24,000 nt of DNA from contig JANVYR010000002.1 in NCBI GenBank assembly GCA_030059665.1, positions 161,261-185,260 of the forward strand, in the 5' to 3' direction. The DNA comes from Candidatus Calditenuis fumarioli (GTDB lineage: Archaea > Thermoproteota > Nitrososphaeria_A > Caldarchaeales > Calditenuaceae). Shown piece by piece: positions 23,247 to 24,000 of the stretch. Under the pieces are notes generated by a model, which was given only the letters and a program-made list of their open reading frames with translations, was not told the origin of the DNA and ran no database searches. How positions within the stretch are numbered: the first letter of the stretch is position 1; each line of letters starts with the position of its first letter. Both the position numbers and the translations under genes were made by a program.

Positions 23247-24000
23247 AGGTTCCGCCTCACCCTCCTCCTGAAGCTCGTTTTACCTCCCTCCTCTTCAGGC
23301 CTTCCCGACGAACCTCCCTCGACCGTCCCCCTCCTCGCGGGACCTCCCGCTGCCTTGGTGAGGCTCAGCGACCTGAGGATCCCCAGCGCGGCCACCGCCA
23401 CCAGAGCCACCGAGACCACGTAGGGCGCCCCTCCCTGGACCGGTCTCTGCGGAACCAAGGCTATGTTCCTCGAGCCGGGACCCGTGAGATCGATCCCTGC
23501 CTCCTGGCTCCAGGAGCTAGAGTTCAGCCTGATCAGGTACCTGCCGGAGGGAAGGACCGCGCTCCCCTCGCCGGACGGCCCGACGTGCTGCGTGAGCAGC
23601 GGCCTGGCACCCTTTCCCTGCTGGATCAGGAGGAACGTGACCGTGAGGTTCCCCACCGGCGTGCCCTCCACGTCCAGCACCCGGTAGGCCACCCCGTAGA
23701 CCGGCAGCTCCATCTCCTCCTCGATCCTCGCGGCGTGGTTGACCTCGCTCCTTCCCACCTCTACGTCCATGAAGCGGTAAACGACCACGTAGTTCGACGC
23801 CGGCAACAGGACCGTTGCCCTCCCCCTCTCGTCGGTCGCGGTCTCCTCGATCAGCGCTCCCGAGCCCTTCAGCCTGTACTCCACCTTCACGCCCGGCAGC
23901 CCCCTCCTGTTCCCTCCCACGTCGAGGTAGAGGACGTCGACAACCCTCCTGAAGACCCGCGTCACCAGCTGGAGCCTCTCGTCCTGCTCGTCGACCCTCT
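23243..24000 (-). CDS. Membrane-anchored protein with carboxypeptidase-regulatory-like beta-sandwich modules; 5' end probably outside the window
   Basis: The frame stays open from the GTG at 23965 to the window edge. Modules include VKVEYRLKGSGALIEETATDERGRATVLLPASNYVVVYRF and YRVLDVEGTPVGNLTVTFL...SGRYLIRL. C-terminal TM APYVVSVALVAVAALGILRSL is followed by a G/R/E-rich basic tail. The stop overlaps the signal peptidase start by 4 nt. Confidence 0.7.
   Translation of the reverse strand, partial: RVDEQDERLQLVTRVFRRVVDVLYLDVGGNRRGLPGVKVEYRLKGSGALIEETATDERGRATVLLPASNYVVVYRFMDVEVGRSEVNHAARIEEEMELPVYGVAYRVLDVEGTPVGNLTVTFLLIQQGKGARPLLTQHVGPSGEGSAVLPSGRYLIRLNSSSWSQEAGIDLTGPGSRNIALVPQRPVQGGAPYVVSVALVAVAALGILRSLSLTKAAGGPARRGTVEGGSSGRPEEEGGKTSFRRRVRRNL

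Overview
GC-rich archaeal chromosomal segment (GC not computed; by eye about 60 percent or more). GC3-rich codons make every real gene cast long spurious ORFs in other frames. I can support about 21 protein genes and one tRNA. The left third (14-7426, minus strand) is one 2470-aa secreted surface protein with a C-terminal membrane anchor and many glycosylation sequons. Most of the rest looks like housekeeping: a GNAT acetyltransferase, an HtrA/DegP protease, a class-III aminotransferase, tRNA-Leu(CAA) with two introns, serine hydroxymethyltransferase and a HAD hydrolase. Further right are FtsZ preceded by an overlapping CdrS-like RHH gene, an MscS channel, a small Toprim protein, a class-V aminotransferase, GatD and a CBS-pair protein. 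The window ends with an archaeal type I signal peptidase translationally coupled to a beta-sandwich membrane protein that runs off the right edge. The most unusual content is three paralogues of one protein type: a conserved N-terminus, a variable heptad coiled coil and a C-terminal PD-(D/E)XK-like domain. Two copies (8246-8941 and 12950-13612) are nearly identical at nucleotide level, lie in the same orientation 4.7 kb apart, differ almost only by synonymous changes, and carry a swapped central coiled-coil cassette. Copy A is followed by a PaREP1-family (HEPN-like) gene carrying a 1-nt frameshift. I saw no CRISPR array, transposase, integrase or rRNA. PaREP1, multi-intron tRNA and FtsZ together suggest a deep TACK-type archaeon (Korarchaeota-like); this is inference only. 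All homology calls come from motif recognition by eye and no searches were run.
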